From Octopus sinensis (Eukaryota), in the NCBI RefSeq assembly GCF_006345805.1, contig NC_043000.1, positions 39,494,001-39,558,000 on the forward strand: a DNA stretch of 64,000 bases, written 5' to 3'. The stretch's first letter is position 1, and every line of letters starts with the position of its first letter. Below the pieces are notes generated by a model. That model was not told the origin of the DNA and did no database searches. It worked only from the letters and a program-made list of their open reading frames with translations. Positions 27,040-39,765 of this stretch are shown here, piece after piece. A program made the translations under genes and the position numbers.

Positions 27040-27423
27040 CAGTCTTATTGTTACGTCTTGTTTGTGTTCGTACTCATTTTGCCCCGCTGCTTGGAATTTT
27101 ATTTTAATTCTCTCGCAGGAAGGCCTATTGGATTAGTGTTCTGTTATGCCTTCGAAACATACCTGACTCCTCTAGCGACAGCTGATGACGGGGGTTTTGT
27201 CATTGTGTAGCTCGTCCTGTATTTGTTTTTCGTTTTCTTGTTTTTCGTTTTCCGTTTTCTTGTTTTTTGTTTTTTGGCTTTTTCCGTTTCTACGTCTTAT
27301 TGTGATGTCCTGTACTCCCGTATAATTATTTATATATGCATGTATATATACATGTAGATGTAGGTACGTACATATATGTTTGTATGTATGCATATATATA
27401 TATATATATATATATATAGATAT

Positions 27424-27516
<93 letters not shown>

Positions 27517-27530
27517 CATACATAGACAAT

Positions 27531-27760
27531 TGTGGAGGATAGCCAGCGGTTAGAGCAGCGGACTCGCGTCGATGGATTGCCGGTTCGAATCTCAGCCCGG
27601 GCGATGAGAGTGTTATGAGTGAAAAACCTAAGTTCCAAGCGACTGCAGCAGAAGGTAACTGCGAACTTCTGCTGAATGTTTCGCCACAACTTACCCTTAC
27701 TCTTTCCTCCTACATCTAGTAGTTCACTTATACTTGATGGCATATCATCTGCAACCTTAA
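27531..27760 (+). repeat. tRNA-headed SINE-like element
   Basis: GGATAGCCAGCGGTTAGAGCAGCGG...GGTTCGAATCTC (A and B boxes) without a complete cloverleaf. Confidence 0.55.
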
Positions 27761-28084
27761 GTCAGCTTTCTCTGTTTGTATGTTTATCTGTATATATATT
27801 TTGCACATTAAAACCGATTGATTTATCTGTTAACTTAATCGCTTTTAAACCCTCTCTCAGCACACACAGGCACACACTTAAGATGTTATCACACACAGCT
27901 ATCCAGCAGAAAATACTGGCTTCCAGCTTCTGTTTCCTGATTGGTTAAAAATAATCACTTTAACCTTTCTAAACTTTTTCTAATTGTGAAAATTTTCACT
28001 AAATTTCAAAATTTGAAAAGTTGTGGACCCAAAAATCTATCATCCGCCAGATGGGTTCAAAGACACAATATTCAGTTGACTTAC

Positions 28085-28182
28085 CTGTCCATAGTAACAT
28101 CTGATTGTTGTCCTAGGATGTGAACATTTGGCCATTACTATGTGTTCGGTGCTGGTGGATTTGGTTTCAATTTTCGGTCTCA
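28085..28182 (-). CDS. Host exon (98 bp, phase 1-0)
   Basis: ttatAG|TG AGA CCG...CAG|GTAAG; VRPKIETKSTSTEHIVMAKCSHPRTTIRCYYGQ. Confidence 0.8.
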
Positions 28183-28643
28183 CTATAAATATGTACGAAC
28201 ACTATATTAATTGTTAAAGGATTAATAAACTTTAAACATAATTTCGTATTTCTTTTCATTTCTTTCGATTTACTTGTTTCAGTCATAAGACTGTGACCAT
28301 GCTGGGGCACTGCCTGGGGCATTTGTAATCGAAATAATCGGCGCCAATAATTATCTGATTTGTAAGGTACTTATTGAATCGTTTTCTTATGCCGGACAGC
28401 TAAGTTTACGGAGGCCTAAACAAATCTACAACAGTGGCCAAGTGATGATGGGGACAATCACACGCACACACATATATATATGTACGACGGGCTTCTTTCA
28501 GTTTCCGCCAACTGAATCCACTCACAAAGATTTGGTCATTCCGAGACTTTATTAGAAAACATTTGCCTAACGTGTCATGCAATGAGAATGAACTCGGAAC
28601 CATGTGGTTTGGAATCAAGCTTCTTACCAGACAACCATGCGAG

Positions 28644-28710
<67 letters not shown>

Positions 28711-28806
28711 AAATTAGAGACAAAACCACTATTATGCAAATCAAACAAAGAAAGACTTAAGCCAATACATAAAATATAAGTTTATAACTCGCTAAGAAGG
28801 TTTAGA

Positions 28807-28858
28807 AACCACCTGAAGAATGTCTAAGATGTGCTGACACGAAACGATCGTAGTGGTT
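28807..28858 (+). ncRNA. Minimal type I hammerhead ribozyme between inverted repeats
   Basis: aaccac CTGAAGA atgtc...gacac GAAA cgatcg TA gtggtt. Confidence 0.85.
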
Positions 28859-29447
28859 ATTCATTTGTTAAATTTTAATTTATATAAATTATTTTATATT
28901 TTATGTATTGACTTAAGTCTTTCTTTGTTTGAGTTGCATAATAGTGGTTTTGTCTCTAATTTATTATAATATAATATTTTATTATAAAATTGGATTCAAT
29001 CTTAAATCTGATTTTTCCTTGTAAATTTGGATTTATTCCCTAATATTTATTATTATATATATATATATACATATATATATATCAATAATACAGTGATTGT
29101 TTCTTATCAGGAACAAAATGTTTAATAGGACTGCTATAGAAGTGCTCAATTAAATGGTTTCTTATTTAAGAAGTCATGCTTAAATAAGCATGAAAGAATT
29201 AAAGCAGTAAAAAAAAAGTTTTAAAAAAACGTTAAAAAAACAGTTAAAATTTTTTTTTAATTTAAAAAACAACATTAATGGGTGTATTAAATTAAATTCA
29301 ACCTCGATGGTTTCAATTTTTTACTGCTTTAGTTCTTTCATTTGGGCTGGTCTAAGCATGACTTCTTAAATAAGAAACCACGCAATATTATGTTAGGTCT
29401 GGTTAAGGAGGTCTCGCTCTGGTACGTGATGTCTGTCTCTCTATTTT

Positions 29448-29529
29448 TTCCCCTGACGAAGGAGTAATCATTGTGATGCACCCTCGTGCATTAAATACAG
29501 TGATGTACCCCTGAAATGGCCATAGGGAA
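29448..29529 (+). ncRNA. Type I hammerhead ribozyme with long stem II
   Basis: ttccc CTGACGA aggagtaatcattgt...acagtgatgtacccct GAAA tggcca TA gggaa. Confidence 0.85.
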
Positions 29530-30000
29530 TGTAAATATGGTTTCTTCTTTTTTGCTTCAACATTGTCTTTTAACTATCTGAAAAGTTATTTTTAATGAAA
29601 ATAATTGCTAAACGATGAACTTATATCTTACCTTATATATTATATATTACTTATTTGTATGCTTCCTATATATATGTATTTTTAAATATATTTTTTATAT
29701 ATCTATATATTTATATATTACTTTATATTTTTACGTATTTATTATTCTAGGTGTTGTAATGTTTTTAAAAAATATATATTTCTTAATCGCTAAAGTATTA
29801 ACTTTTAACAGTGATGAACTGTATTCACACTTTTTTCTTGCATTTTCTTATATGCTTGTACTGATGAGTTATGTTTCATCTTCCGTGATGTTATACATGT
29901 ATATTCTAAGTGAAAGAAAAAGCATTTTGTGATTAAATGTTCGAGATATGAAATGTTACGTGGATGACCTTGTATTTGTTTGTTCTACAACCATTGTTTA

Positions 30001-30063
<63 letters not shown>

Positions 30064-30268
30064 ATATATATATACAGGTGGTGGTATTAAGTTAGACATG
30101 GCCTGGGCCAATAATGGCCGAAACCTATCAAAGTATCAAAGTATACATACATATATATGTATGTATGTATGTGTGTGTTTGTGTGTGTGTATATATATAA
30201 TATATTATATATGTATATATATATATGTATATATATATGTATATATATATATATTATATATATATATG

Positions 30269-30313
<45 letters not shown>

Positions 30314-30366
30314 GTATATATATAATGTATATATATATATGTATATATATAATGTATATATATATA

Positions 30367-30423
<57 letters not shown>

Positions 30424-30460
30424 GTATATATATATATATGTATATATTATATATATATAT

Positions 30461-32220
30461 ATAGATAATAAAGTTTGTTTGTGAAAGCACGTGAGTGAAT
30501 ATATAAGAAAATAGTAAAAAGTGAAAAAACGACAGAAGGTTTAAATGTTAAAGAATATATATATTTGCGTCAATATGTCTGGAGAATATTGACATATTGA
30601 CGCAAATATATATATTCTTTAACATTTAAACCTTCTGTCGTTTTTTCACTTTTTACTATTTTCTTATATATTCACCCACGTGCTTTCACAAACAAACTTT
30701 CTTATCTATATATTAAACACGTGAGACCGAAAATGCCACAGAAGTCAAACACCTCGGATAAAACCTTAAATGAGGACATACTCAAAGAACTGAAAAATAT
30801 TAATTCACAGCTTCTTAACCTGAACAACAAAATCGAGGAATCAAACTTACTCGCCCGGGAAAGTAAAAGTAATGAAGATGCAACTCGCTACACTGACCAG
30901 GTGAGTAAGGATTTACAACTGTTATATACAACACTAAACTCAATTTTCATCAACAAATCCGAAAATAATACACAGGTACCTAATGAAACACAACAGGACA
31001 CCATACGCACCCAAATCAACCCAGCAAAAAGAAAAATAGGAAACGTTTGGAATACAAACCTGCACAACAGAAAACTCACCTTCTGGAACATGATAAAAAA
31101 TTCCAACAAAGCAGATATTTACGAGGGATGGATAAACTCAACACCAATTATCCTCCCACGCAAATTCCAGATAAAATTAATTCCTAACGAGCCTGACGGA
31201 CAGAGATCTATTAGAGAAAAGTCAGCTCTGTTCAATTTTAAATCAGAAATAGAGCTTCTAAGACTCAGGGCCTCCACAAATGAAGAAAAACTTAAAAGCA
31301 TAGACGAGGAGATGCACAATCTAATACTAAAACATACCGAGGGACAACCCCTCGAAAATACATTGGATCATTGGAAGGATACCTGTGAGAGAGAGAGAGA
31401 GAAATTCTCTCCTACGCTGGGAGAAAAACATGGACTTCTTCCAAAAATATAGTGAAACTTTCAAAAATGAATTGGGTACGAATAATCCCTCCTAAGAAAA
31501 TTACAATAAATAAAAAGAAAAACCAAACAACCCACGAACAACCCCCAACTATCCTCCATACACTAAAAACAGAAATCACCCACAACCAACCTTTGCAAAC
31601 CACGCAAGACCTAACAGGGAACTAGCTGACAGAGGACGCGTCTATGAAAGAAATTACACCAAAAACAGAACACACCAACAACATCCTAATACCAGACCCA
31701 ACCACCATACAGCACAATACGACACTAGAATAAGAAATACACCACACACAAATCGCTACTACCCCATGAACCAAAATTACTGGTCCCCACTAAACACAAG
31801 ACAAACGCAAAAAAACACTATGTCAAGCAACATCCCACATACAAGCAGTTCGAAACAAAAATATTTCCCATACAGAAATTTTACACACACCACAAACAAA
31901 AACCATAGATTCCCACACACACACAACGATCGGAGGCAACAATACCACCACTCCCCCAACCAAATACCACACAACCTCACAGACAACTCATACAAACAAA
32001 ATTACACCCAACATTTTTTAGCCAGGGACCAGGGACACCAGGACACAGGCTGGAACCTAGTAATAAGGAAAAACCGAACATAATCAATCTTTCAAACAAA
32101 CCTCTTTCTAACATAAAAATTGACATCCTCGCAAAAGGGCTCAAATTTACACCAACTCCACGCAGAGCCAACCTAAATGAACTCAAGGATAATATAACAG
32201 AATTTTGCAGAAAATTATCA
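30461..32220 (+). mobile_element. Penelope-like element 5' portion preceded by a fold-back hairpin
   Basis: ORF 30721-31452, then a low-complexity region, then NIINLSNKPLSNIKIDILAKGLKFTPTPRR at about 32075-32220, the conserved pre-RT motif of PLEs; truncated by a LINE. Confidence 0.7.
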
Positions 32221-34808
32221 TTTTTTCATTTTATCTAGTTTCAGCTCACGAGCTGGCCATGCTGGGGCACCACCATTCGGTGTTGCTACATGATTTTACT
32301 TCACGAATGCTTTTTAGCATGACATTTGGTGTATGAGATAGTTTGATGCAGCTGCCCTCATCTGCACCTCTTACTTTGAAGTTGGTTCATCTGGGACACC
32401 TGACAAGAAGACATCCAGTTTTATTCGGGAGGATATTGAAGAGCTGTGGACCTCTGAAGCCCAGGCTATCACAGTATTTTGTCCTACATCTTGATGGCAA
32501 ATTTGGAGTTCTTGGCACTATGCAGTGGCGCCCAGATCTAGTATTTGTGTAACTCTCTGTGCCAAAGTTTGGGACAAGTCCTTCTAGGATCTTCCAGATG
32601 TATATTATGGCATATCTTTCTCGCATACGCTCTAAGAAATAGAGTCTTAATCTCTTGAGTCTTTCCCAGTGGCTTATATGCTGCACAGAGGCTATCTTCT
32701 TCGTGTGGCTTCGTTGGATCGCCTCAAGTTCTGTGATTAACTTGACACTGGATGGTGACCATAGCTGAGAGCAATAGTCAAAGTGGCTTAGGACAAGTGT
32801 CCTCCAGAGGACCATCATGGTTTCCTGGTCTCTTGTTTAAAGGTTCTAAGAATCCATCCGGTCAGCCGCCTACATTTCATTGCCGATTTAGCAAAATGCA
32901 CATGGAAGGTTGCATCATCATTCATATGTAAATACCCAGGTCTCGCACTGATTGTGCCTCTGGGATTGCAATCCCTCCAGGTCCAGTGTATTTATTGGGT
33001 ATTGCATTTAGTTTTGCATGCTGATAGCATAAAGCTTGAAACTTTTCAGCATTGAACTGCATGCTATTCTTTTCAGCCCACTTGTATATTTTGTCCAGGT
33101 CACATTGCAAGTGCTTAGTGTCTTCAGGGATCTGTATTGCCTGTGAAATTTTGTATCATCTGCATAACTTGTGATCGTGGCTGTCTGCGTGGCTGAGGGC
33201 ATGTCTGAGAGGGCCATTATGAACAGCAGTGGTCCCAAAACAGTGCCTTGCGGAACAACGCTCACTATTTGCGTGTTATTGGAGGTGGCCCCATTGGCTA
33301 CTACCACCTGACCTCTATCCTTCAGAAAGTCATGAAGCCATTCTCCCAATTTTCCAACTATGCCAAGATCACGCAGTTGTGACATATCATTCCATGATCG
33401 ACTTTATCAAAGGCCTTTGCAAAGTCGAGATATATGACTTCCACATTTGAGTGGTTGATCAGTCGTGAAGCACCAAGTCATAGTCTTGTAGGATCTGAGT
33501 TAGGCAGCTTCTTCCTGGTCGGAAACCATGTTGGGTGTCAGCAGCAAGTTATTTTCTTCAAGGAAGGCGATTAGTTTCCTTCTGACTATTCGTTCCATGA
33601 CCTTGCTGAGTGTGAGGTCAGATAGATAGGTCTGTAGTTCTTGGCCTCCGCTCTGCTACCTCCTTTATGAATAGGGCATATTTTACCCTCCTTCAGTTTT
33701 CTTGGAAGTTTGCCAGTTGCAAGGAAGCTTTGAAAGAGGGACTGCAGTGGTCTTGCTAGGACTCTTTTACATACTTTTAGAAGGATTGCTGGGAATCCAT
33801 CGGGGCCGGTAGGTGAGTTGGGTTCATTTCATCCATAGCCCTTATTACATCGTCTTCCTTTATATCGATGTAATCAATCATCGTTGCCTCTGATTTTATA
33901 TCTGCAGTGGTAAAGAAGTCAGTTGGATTGCTGACTTGAAAATGCCCTAGGGGTGGAGTGAAAATACTTTTGAATTGCTCATTTAGTATTTCACTTATCC
34001 TCATTGGATTTCCTGTGGGCGTTCATCTTTTTCAAGGAGTGGCCCTATCCTACAGTGGACCGTAGCTGTTTCTTTAGCAAACTTGTAGAAAGCTCTGGGG
34101 TTAGATTTTATGTTGTCTATAGCCCAGGCTTCTTTGTCTGCTCTTTCTTTTTCATGGGAGAGTTGCAGACATTTTTCAATTTCCAACAGTTTTATTTTCA
34201 GGCGGGACTTTTCACTGCTTTCAATTTGTTTGTTTAGGCGATTTGAAACTTTTGTACGCCGTCTCATAAGAATTTTCCTCTCTCTGGGGATTTTGTTCTT
34301 GTGTACAGTGGCCTTTCTCTCAGGGACACATTTGTAGCATATGGCTTGAATTGTTGAAGTTTCACGTCGATGTCCGGCGAGGAGAGACATTTAGGCTAGT
34401 TTTGTTTGAGGATCTCTTTCTCAATTTGTTTCCAGTTTGCCTAATGTAAGTTCAAGCTGGAAAGATTCTGAGAGGGTCTTGTAGGCTACATGTCCATGCT
34501 TTCCTTTGGCCCGTACATGGTCAACTCTACCATGTTGTGATCCGAGAGAAGTGTCGGTGTGACTTTCACATTATGGATGTGATCCATATTATTTGTGAAG
34601 CAGATATCCAGTATGTTACCTGGTTGGTTGGAGTATTATTTGCTCCATGTACAGAGTGTTGGTGAGGTTCAGGAGGGACCTCGCCTGTCCTCGTTCGCAT
34701 CTTGTCATTCCTGGGAGAGAAAGGCCCTCAGGCCATCTTACATTGGGCAGATTGAAGTCTCCCATAAGAAGTACACTTATGTGTTGTTCTAATGTGACTA
34801 GAACTTCT

Positions 34809-34811
<3 letters not shown>
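32221..34811 (-). mobile_element. CR1-group LINE, APE + RT, degraded
   Basis: MGDFNLPNVRW, SDHNM, VPQGTVLGPLLF, YADDTK, VRDLG, LSHFDYCSQLWSP; many frameshifts. Confidence 0.9.
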
Positions 34812-34888
<77 letters not shown>

Positions 34889-36514
34889 CAGTTCCGGTCA
34901 AAATGTTCCGAACGGCATTGTTTTCGTCAGAAAAGTAGATATACGTTTTTATCAAAGTTGTTTTGTATTCTATAATTTTCACAGACAATAAATACAATAT
35001 TATTTGTTATTGTCTGAGATTTTGGTGTAATTTGAGAAGATAATAAAAAAGTTATGGATGATTTAGTGATTTACTGCAAAACCCTTGGCGGCCAAAATGA
35101 TCAGAACGGTTGCTTTTATTCCATGTTTTAGTATATTTAACCGTCGAACTCTAATGTTTTGAATTTGTTTACGTGACAGTTCATTTACTAAACATTAGTA
35201 AGAATATCTGCAGTGTACTTTGTTAATATAATGCCACTTACTCCGTTACCAATTCGTCAGCAGATTATTAAGCTTCGAAAGAAGGATAATTTAAGTATTA
35301 GGTCTATTGCAAAGATTGTTAACAAGTCAAAAAGTGTTGTTCACGGTATTCTTAAGGTCTACGATGATTGTGGTTCGTGTGAAGCAAGAAAGTCAACAGG
35401 TAGGCCAAGAAAAACGACCAAGAGAGAAGATCGTGCTATGGTAAAGTTGGTTAAAAAGGACAGATTTAAAACTGCTGCTGCTGTTTTTCGGGAAATGAGC
35501 ATTGTACTGAAGAAAACTTTATCTCGAAAAACTGTCTCGTCCTTTAGTTGAACATGACCTACAAGCAAGAGCACCTGCAGTGAAGCCACTGGTCAGCTCT
35601 AAGAATAAAAAGTGTCGTCTTACCTTTGCAACCGAACATGTGTTGTGGTCTCAAGAAAAATGGCAAATGGTGCATTTCAGTGATGAATCTAAGTCTATGT
35701 TATTTGGCTCAGATGGGAAAAAGTACGTTCGTCGAAAAGCAGGTGAAAAATTGTCACCTAAATGCCTTAAGACTAGTGTTAAATTCGGTGGAGGAAGTGT
35801 CATGGTTTGGGGGATGATATCTGGAGATGTTGTGGGCCCTTTGCTGCGATTACATGGAAAGGTAAATGCAGGAATTTATAAACAACTTGTAAAAGATCAT
35901 GTCTTGCCTGTGCTGAGAAATTCAACTAAGCGACCACCCATATTCATGCAGGACAATGCCCCATGTCACAAGGCTAAAGTGGTCATGAACTTCCTCAAGG
36001 ATGAAAAGGTTATTGTTATGGAATGGCCTGCTCAAAGCCCAGACCTCAATCCTATTGAAAATGTGTGGAATATTCTAGGAGAACGTTTGAAAGCCAGAAA
36101 TCCTAAAACAACCGAGCAATTATGGAATGCCCTTCAGGTGAATGGAATAAGATCACCCAGCAAGAAATTGAAAATTTAATTTCCCCATGCAGTCAAAAAT
36201 GTCAAACTTTGATTGAAGCTAAAGGGCTTCACACTAAATATGAATTAATTCCAGCATTCTCTGTCACTTTTTGATTATTTGTTATTTTTTCAACCGTTCT
36301 GATCATTTTGGCCACCATGGGTTTTGCAGTAAATCACTATATCATCCATAACTTTTGTATTATCCACTCAAATTACACCAAAATCTCGGACAATACCAAT
36401 TAATATCGTATTTATTGTCTGTGAAAATCATAGAATATAAAACAACTTTAATAAAGACTTATATCTACTTTTCTGACGAAAACACTGCCGTTCTGAACAT
36501 TTTGGCCGCAACTG
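34889..36514 (+). mobile_element. Tc1-family transposon with ~225-bp IR-DR type TIRs; frameshifted transposase at about 35231-36242
   Basis: TA|CAGTT...AACTG|TA ends; FSDESK, FMQDNAPCH, WPAQSPDLNPIENVW (DD34E); GRPRKTT. Confidence 0.95.
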
Positions 36515-36544
36515 TATATATATATATATATGTGTGTTTATGTA

Positions 36545-36614
<70 letters not shown>

Positions 36615-36895
36615 CAATTGAGGGTAAAATTAATTAATTAATTAATCAATTTCACCAAGTATTCAGTATGCAAAGGACCATTTAAGGCGAATTCAAATTA
36701 TTACATTATATAAAAGGGCTTAGTAAAATAAATTACTTTGCCGCATACTGAACTCGTTAGAAATAGCAGCTAAAAAAACTTTTTATAAAACTATTTCTAA
36801 CACTTAAAGAAAACTTCTCTCATATAGTGTTTGCTCAATTCAACTCAAGAAAGTATGGGGGTAGAGACATTAAAAAATCAAATGCAAAGGTTATT

Positions 36896-36948
36896 TGAGT
36901 ACGTACGTTTCAAGATTAGTCAAAATCGACCCTTCTCTCATCAGCTCA
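36896..36948 (-). ncRNA. Hammerhead ribozyme (inverted copy)
   Basis: Reverse complement of the array HHR. Confidence 0.85.
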
Positions 36949-37530
36949 GAATGCCCTTGTTTGAATTTGAAAACACTGAAAATGGGAGCATACCCTTTCG
37001 GCTTGTTATCGCTTCTGAAGATCTGTTCCAAACTAACAGTGCCAACAAACTCAAATATGCATACTTTCTTGAGTTGAATTGAGCAAACACTATATGAGAG
37101 AGGTTTTCTTTAAGTGTTAGAAATAGTTTTATAAAAAGTTTTTTTAGCTGCTATTTCTAACGAGTTCAGTATGCGGCAAAGTAATTTATTTTACTAAGCC
37201 CTTTTATATAATGTAATAATTTGAATTCGCCTTAAATGGTCCCTTTGCATACTGAATACTTGGTGAAATTGATTAATTATTAATTAATTTTACCCTCAAT
37301 TGTTGAAATTATAATTCATCTCTCTCTACTTAATGTCTCGGATTTTACCGAAAAAAGCATAGTGTTTGCTGATTTTAACCCACGCTGGTGGAAAGGGGAG
37401 AGCAGAAATTCTTCGCTTGCATATTTGAGTTTGTTGGCACTGTTAGTTTGGAACAGATCTTCAGAAGCGATAACAGGCCGAAAGGGTATGCTCCCATTTT
37501 CAGTGTTTTGAAATTCAAACAAGGGCATTC

Positions 37531-37583
37531 TGAGCTGATGAGAGAAGGGTCGATTTTGACTAATCTTGAAACGTACGTACTCA
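37531..37583 (+). ncRNA. Hammerhead ribozyme, array copy 1
   Basis: tgag CTGATGA gagaagggtc gatttt gactaatctt GAAA cgtacg TA ctca; predicted cut after 37579. Confidence 0.85.
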
Positions 37584-38090
37584 ATAACCTTTGCATTTGA
37601 TTTTTTAATGTCTCTACCCCCATACTTTCTTGAGTGAATTGAGCAAACACTATATGAGAGAGGTTTTCTTTAAGTGTTAGAAATAGTTTTATAAAAAGTT
37701 TTTTTAGCTGCTATTTCTAACGAGTTCAGTATGCGGCAAAGTAATTTATTTTACTAAGCCCTTTTATATAATGTAATAATTGATTCGCTTCGCCTAAATG
37801 TCCCTTTGCATACTGAATACTTGGTGAAATTGATTAATTAATTAATTAATTTTACCCTCAATTGTTGAAATTATAATTCATCTCTCTCTACTTAATGTCT
37901 CGGATTTTACCGACAAAAGCATAGTGTTTGCTGATTTTAACCCACGCTGGTGGAAAGGGGAGAGCAGAAATTCTTCGCTTGCATATTTGAGTTTGTTGGC
38001 ACTGTTAGTTTGGAACAGATCTTCAGAAGCGATAACAAGCCGAAAGGGTATGCTCCCATTTTCAGGTTTTCAATTCAAACAAGGGCATTC

Positions 38091-38143
38091 TGAGCTGATG
38101 AGAGAAGGGTCGATTTTGACTAATCTTGAAACGTACGTACTCA
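38091..38143 (+). ncRNA. Hammerhead ribozyme, array copy 2
   Basis: Identical motif. Confidence 0.85.
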
Positions 38144-38646
38144 AATAACCTTTGCATTTGATTTTTTAATGTCTCTACCCCCATACATTCTTGAGTTGAA
38201 TTGAGCAAACACTATATGAGAGAGGTTTTCTTAAGTGTTAGAAATAGTTTTATAAAAAGTTTTTTTAGCTGCTATTTCTAACGAGTTCAGTATGCGGCAA
38301 AGTAATTATTTTACTAAGCCCTTTTATATAATGTAATAATTTGAATTCGCCTTAAATGGTCCCTTTGCATACTGAATACTGGTGAAATTGATTAATTAAT
38401 TAATATTTTACCCTCAATTGTTGAAATTATAATTCATCTCTCTCTACTTAATGTCTCGGATTTTACCGAAAAAAGCATAGTGTTTGCTGATTTTAACCCA
38501 CGCTGGTGGAAAGGGGAGAGCAGAAATTCTTCGCTTGCATATTTGAGTTTGTTGGCACTGTTAGTTTGGAACAGATCTTCAGAAGCGATAACAAGCCGAA
38601 AGGGTATGCTCCCATTTTCTGTTTTCAAATTCAAACAAGGGCATTC

Positions 38647-38699
38647 TGAGCTGATGAGAGAAGGGTCGATTTTGACTAATCTTGAAACGTACGTACTCA
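38647..38699 (+). ncRNA. Hammerhead ribozyme, array copy 3
   Basis: Identical motif. Confidence 0.85.
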
Positions 38700-38890
38700 A
38701 TAACCTTTGCATTTGATTTTTTAATGTCTCTACCCCCATACTTTCTTGAGTTGAATTGAGCAAACACTATATGAGAGAGGTTTTCTTTAAGTGTTAGAAA
38801 TAGTTTTATAAAAAGTTTTTTTAGCTGCTATTTCTAACGAGTTCAGTATGCGGCAAAGTATTTTATTTACTAAGCCCTTTTATATAATGT

Positions 38891-38971
<81 letters not shown>

Positions 38972-38983
38972 ATATATATATAT

Positions 38984-39017
<34 letters not shown>

Positions 39018-39104
39018 ATAGTGTGTGTGTGGTGTATATATATATATAATATATATATAATATATATATACTTACATAAGGCCAAAGAGGGTACGGACGT
39101 CGCT

Positions 39105-39352
39105 ATATATATTATATGTAGAAAAATACAAACTGGGACAAGAACGTAAAACATTAGAAGACGATACAAAAAACACGGACGGGACATTCGAAGCCTTCAA
39201 TCTTCAGTCAAAAACCGGATCATCCTAGCAATTTCGGCTGATTAATCTAGACTGAAGATTGAAGGCTTCGGATGTCCCGTCCATGTTTTTTGTATCGTCT
39301 TCTAAATGTTTTACGTTCTTGTCCCAGTTTGTATATTTCTACATATAATATA
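39105..39352. repeat. Inverted repeat (~104-bp arms, ~40-nt spacer)
   Basis: 39105-39209 versus 39250-39352. Confidence 0.9.
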
Positions 39353-39415
39353 CATATATTACGGAGATGTACTCACATAGCAAGTAATTTGATCTGAGAT
39401 CGTGTGCTGAAACGA

Positions 39416-39605
39416 AAACAATTGCAGCGTGGAAGGTGTTTATAAGCCATTTAAGAAACAGACAAAAGCCGTTCGATTCACTTCAACATTTAAGTTTAAT
39501 TTGTCAAAATATTTTGACAAATTAAACTTAAATGTTGAAGTGAATCGAACGGCTTTTGTCTGTTTCTTAAATGGCTTATAAACACCTTCCACGCTGCAAT
39601 TGTTT
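39416..39605. repeat. Spacerless palindrome, 95-bp arms
   Basis: Centre TTGTCAAAAT|ATTTTGACAA at 39510/39511. Confidence 0.95.
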
Positions 39606-39652
39606 AATATACATATATATATATATATATACATACACACACGCACACACAC

Positions 39653-39687
<35 letters not shown>

Positions 39688-39732
39688 GAAAGAGAGAGAA
39701 AGAGAGAGAAAGAGAGAAAAAGAGAGAGAGAT

Positions 39733-39765
<33 letters not shown>

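Larger units (their letters stand above)
36611..38896 (+). repeat. Tandem array of ~560-bp HHR-bearing units (about 3.3 copies, 37060-38896) preceded by an inverted partial copy (36611-37059)
   Basis: CATACTTTCTTGAG recurs at 37060, 37621, 38182 and 38737; flanked by (TA)n. Confidence 0.95.

Noticed and set aside
27531-27605. Possible tRNA gene
   Set aside because: Has A and B boxes but no proper acceptor stem; better explained as a SINE head.
36831-38767. Repeated short ORFs (MLNSTQESMG...) in the tandem array
   Set aside because: Frames differ between copies because of indels and no domain is recognisable; treated as non-coding.
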